64,000 nucleotides of DNA from Eledone cirrhosa (taxonomy: Eukaryota). The notes beneath the pieces are model-generated. The model ran no database searches. It was not told where the DNA came from and saw only the letters and a list, made by a program, of their open reading frames with translations. The stretch spans positions 16,306,001 through 16,370,000 of the forward strand of contig OZ024758.1 of NCBI GenBank assembly GCA_964016885.1, given 5' to 3'. Made by a program: the position numbers and the translations under genes. Below are positions 61,198-64,000 of this stretch, in pieces (within the stretch, counting starts at the first letter, position 1; each line of letters begins with the position of its first letter).

Positions 61198-61732
61198 GGG
61201 CGATAGATTGGCAGTATCGGTAGAGGGTCGGACGCCATGCTTTGACGCATTGAGTTACGGCCCTTGCCATTCTGAGTTCAAATCCCGCCGAGGTTAACTT
61301 TGCCTTTCATCCTTACAGGGTCGATAAAATAAAGTACCAGTAATATACTGGGATAATTACTGGCCTTGTGCCAAAAGTAGAAACAATTATAATTATTCTA
61401 CAGCATAGTGTTATGGCTCTTTACATTCTGAGTTCAAATCCCGCCGAGGTTAACTTTGCTTTTCATCCTAACGGGGTCGATAAAATAAAGTACCAGTCAC
61501 GCACTGGGTCGATTTAATCGACTTTCCCCTCTCCGAAAATTGCTGGCCTTGTGCCTATATAAGAAACCATTATAATTATTCTACAGCATAGAGTTACGGC
61601 CCTTTATGTTCTGAGTTCAAATCCCGCAGAGGTTATCTTTGTCTTTCATCCTTACGGGGTCGATAAAATAAAGTACCAGTAATGTACTGGAATAATTGCT
61701 GGCCTTGTTTGTGCCAAGAGTAGAAACAATTA
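61198..61732 (+). mobile_element. S1 SINE trimer
   Basis: Each copy is preceded by TAATTATTCTACAGCATAG. Confidence 0.88.
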
Positions 61733-61758
61733 TAATTATTCTCTCACAGAAACACACA

Positions 61759-61827
<69 letters not shown>

Positions 61828-62027
61828 ACATATATATATATATACATACATACACGTGTGGCGTGCTAATCCCATACAGACATTTCTGTTGAGCAACAAA
61901 CATTGAGGCACTCATATATTCTGATTAATTCTATAATAAGTCGAATTGAAATGTAAGATTGCATTTTCCTGTTTGATTGTTGAATATTTTAGTATTCTAC
62001 ATGTTCTCACACACACACTATATAATG

Positions 62028-62085
<58 letters not shown>

Positions 62086-62086
62086 C

Positions 62087-62125
<39 letters not shown>

Positions 62126-62200
62126 TGTAAGTATATATATGTATATGCATACTTACGTACGTATGCATCTATTAATCTATCTATATATTTACACACAGAT

Positions 62201-62273
<73 letters not shown>

Positions 62274-62284
62274 TACACATGCAT

Positions 62285-62317
<33 letters not shown>

Positions 62318-62360
62318 CACACGCATACATATCTATATGTACGTATATATATAAATATAA

Positions 62361-62399
<39 letters not shown>

Positions 62400-62510
62400 T
62401 ACGTGTATATATACGTATATGTGTATGTATGTCTATGTGTATATGTAGGAATAAGGTGTGTATGAGCGTGTACATATATATGTGTGTGTGTGTGTGTATT
62501 TTTCGGGGAC

Positions 62511-62580
<70 letters not shown>

Positions 62581-62582
62581 TT

Positions 62583-62631
<49 letters not shown>

Positions 62632-62906
62632 ATGTATATATATATATATTCACCTCTGCCTATGTGTATGTGTATATGTAGCTGTATATATGTGTGGTGG
62701 TGTGAGAGCGTGTGCTGAACGTGGGAACTAGGAACGCTCCTCTCTTCACACTATCACAATTCTCTTGTAACATTTCAGATCTGCTGGATTCTGTTCTGTG
62801 TAAATGGCTGCCGTTATGACAGCTAAGAGCTTAAAGGTCATTTCTTGTTTTATGCTTTTATCTATCTATCTTGTGTCTTGTTGGTTTAATCAAAGCTCCA
62901 TGGTTA

Positions 62907-62952
<46 letters not shown>

Positions 62953-63446
62953 GTGTGTGTGTGTGTATTTGTATTTATATATATTTATAAGTATGTATAT
63001 ATACTTGTATGTATGTAAATATATATATATATATATATATAGATATAAATATAAATATGTGTGTGTGTATTTGTATTTATATATATTTATAAGTATGTAT
63101 ATATACTTGTATGTATGTAAATATATATATATATATATATACATATCAATATAAATATGTGTGTGTGTATTTGTATTTATATATATTTATAAGTATGTAT
63201 ATATACTTGTATGTATGTAAATATATATATATATATATATACATATAAATATAAATATATATATATATTTGTATGTATATACATATGTTTGTATGTATGT
63301 ATATATATATGTTTGTATATATATATATATGTTTGTATGTATATATATATGTTTGTATGTATATATATATATATATATATGTTTGTTTGTATATATATAT
63401 ATATATGTTTGTATGTAAATATATTTGTATATATATATATATATAT

Positions 63447-63498
63447 ACGTTATTCCGGGTTGAATCGGAGGTAACCACATATTAAAACTATATATTAA

Positions 63499-63502
<4 letters not shown>
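63447..63502 (-). mobile_element. Family D terminal fragment
   Basis: ACGTTATTCCGGGTTGAATCGGAGGTAACCAC followed by 2x ATATTAAAACT. Confidence 0.65.
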
Positions 63503-63588
<86 letters not shown>

Positions 63589-64000
63589 GTATATATATAT
63601 ATTATATATAATTTAATGGTTTGTAACTTTACGTTACACACACACACACATAGACACATATGTATATAGAAATGTACGTTAGTTTTTGTACGTGTGTGTG
63701 TGTATGTATGTGTGATATTTGTACATGTGTGCGCATGTGTACGTGTGTCTGAGTCTGTGTGTGTCGGTGAAACAGCATCAACAGAAATGAAACATTTTAG
63801 CTTAAACAGTTCAACTGAAACTGCAGGAATGTCCAAATTATTTTGCAATTACAATAGAGAGAACTTTTTTCTGTTTTGACTAGACATAACATTTCTAACT
63901 TTTTTTTAGAGAATCTCAAATAGGAAGTGTGAAGCTCGTGTTTCCCGATACAATTAGTGCCATAAGTACTAAGGAAATGACTTCAACATTGGATTCAAAT

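Overview
Non-coding, very AT-rich animal genomic DNA, most likely from an octopus or other coleoid cephalopod (inferred from the SINE families and the extreme (TA)n/(TACA)n/(CA)n microsatellite load). No intact protein-coding gene is supportable, and nearly all listed ORFs are microsatellite artefacts. Ordinary content: about 30 copies of one tRNA-derived SINE, a second tRNA/CORE-like SINE, two RTE-LINE 3' fragments, mariner/pogo-type MITEs, minisatellites and a possible first exon/promoter near 9.6 kb. The striking signal is about 35 short (60-400 bp) elements sitting inside (TA)n arrays. They belong to at least 12 families with unrelated primary sequence and show a recurring architecture. 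(i) Most families carry a type-I hammerhead ribozyme, often with a non-canonical U-U/C-C mismatch opening stem II and a palindromic stem III loop. (ii) Many copies carry a fold-back inverted copy of the ribozyme region. (iii) Ten families share a covarying bulged hairpin, ACTC/GCTC-stem-NN-GAGT/GAGC, and the inverted or tail-less copies stop about 3-8 nt upstream of it. This fits a radiation of microsatellite-targeting, non-autonomous Penelope-like (PLE) retroelements sharing a structural cis signal for internal initiation of reverse transcription. Family letters below are my own labels, and all structures were folded by eye.
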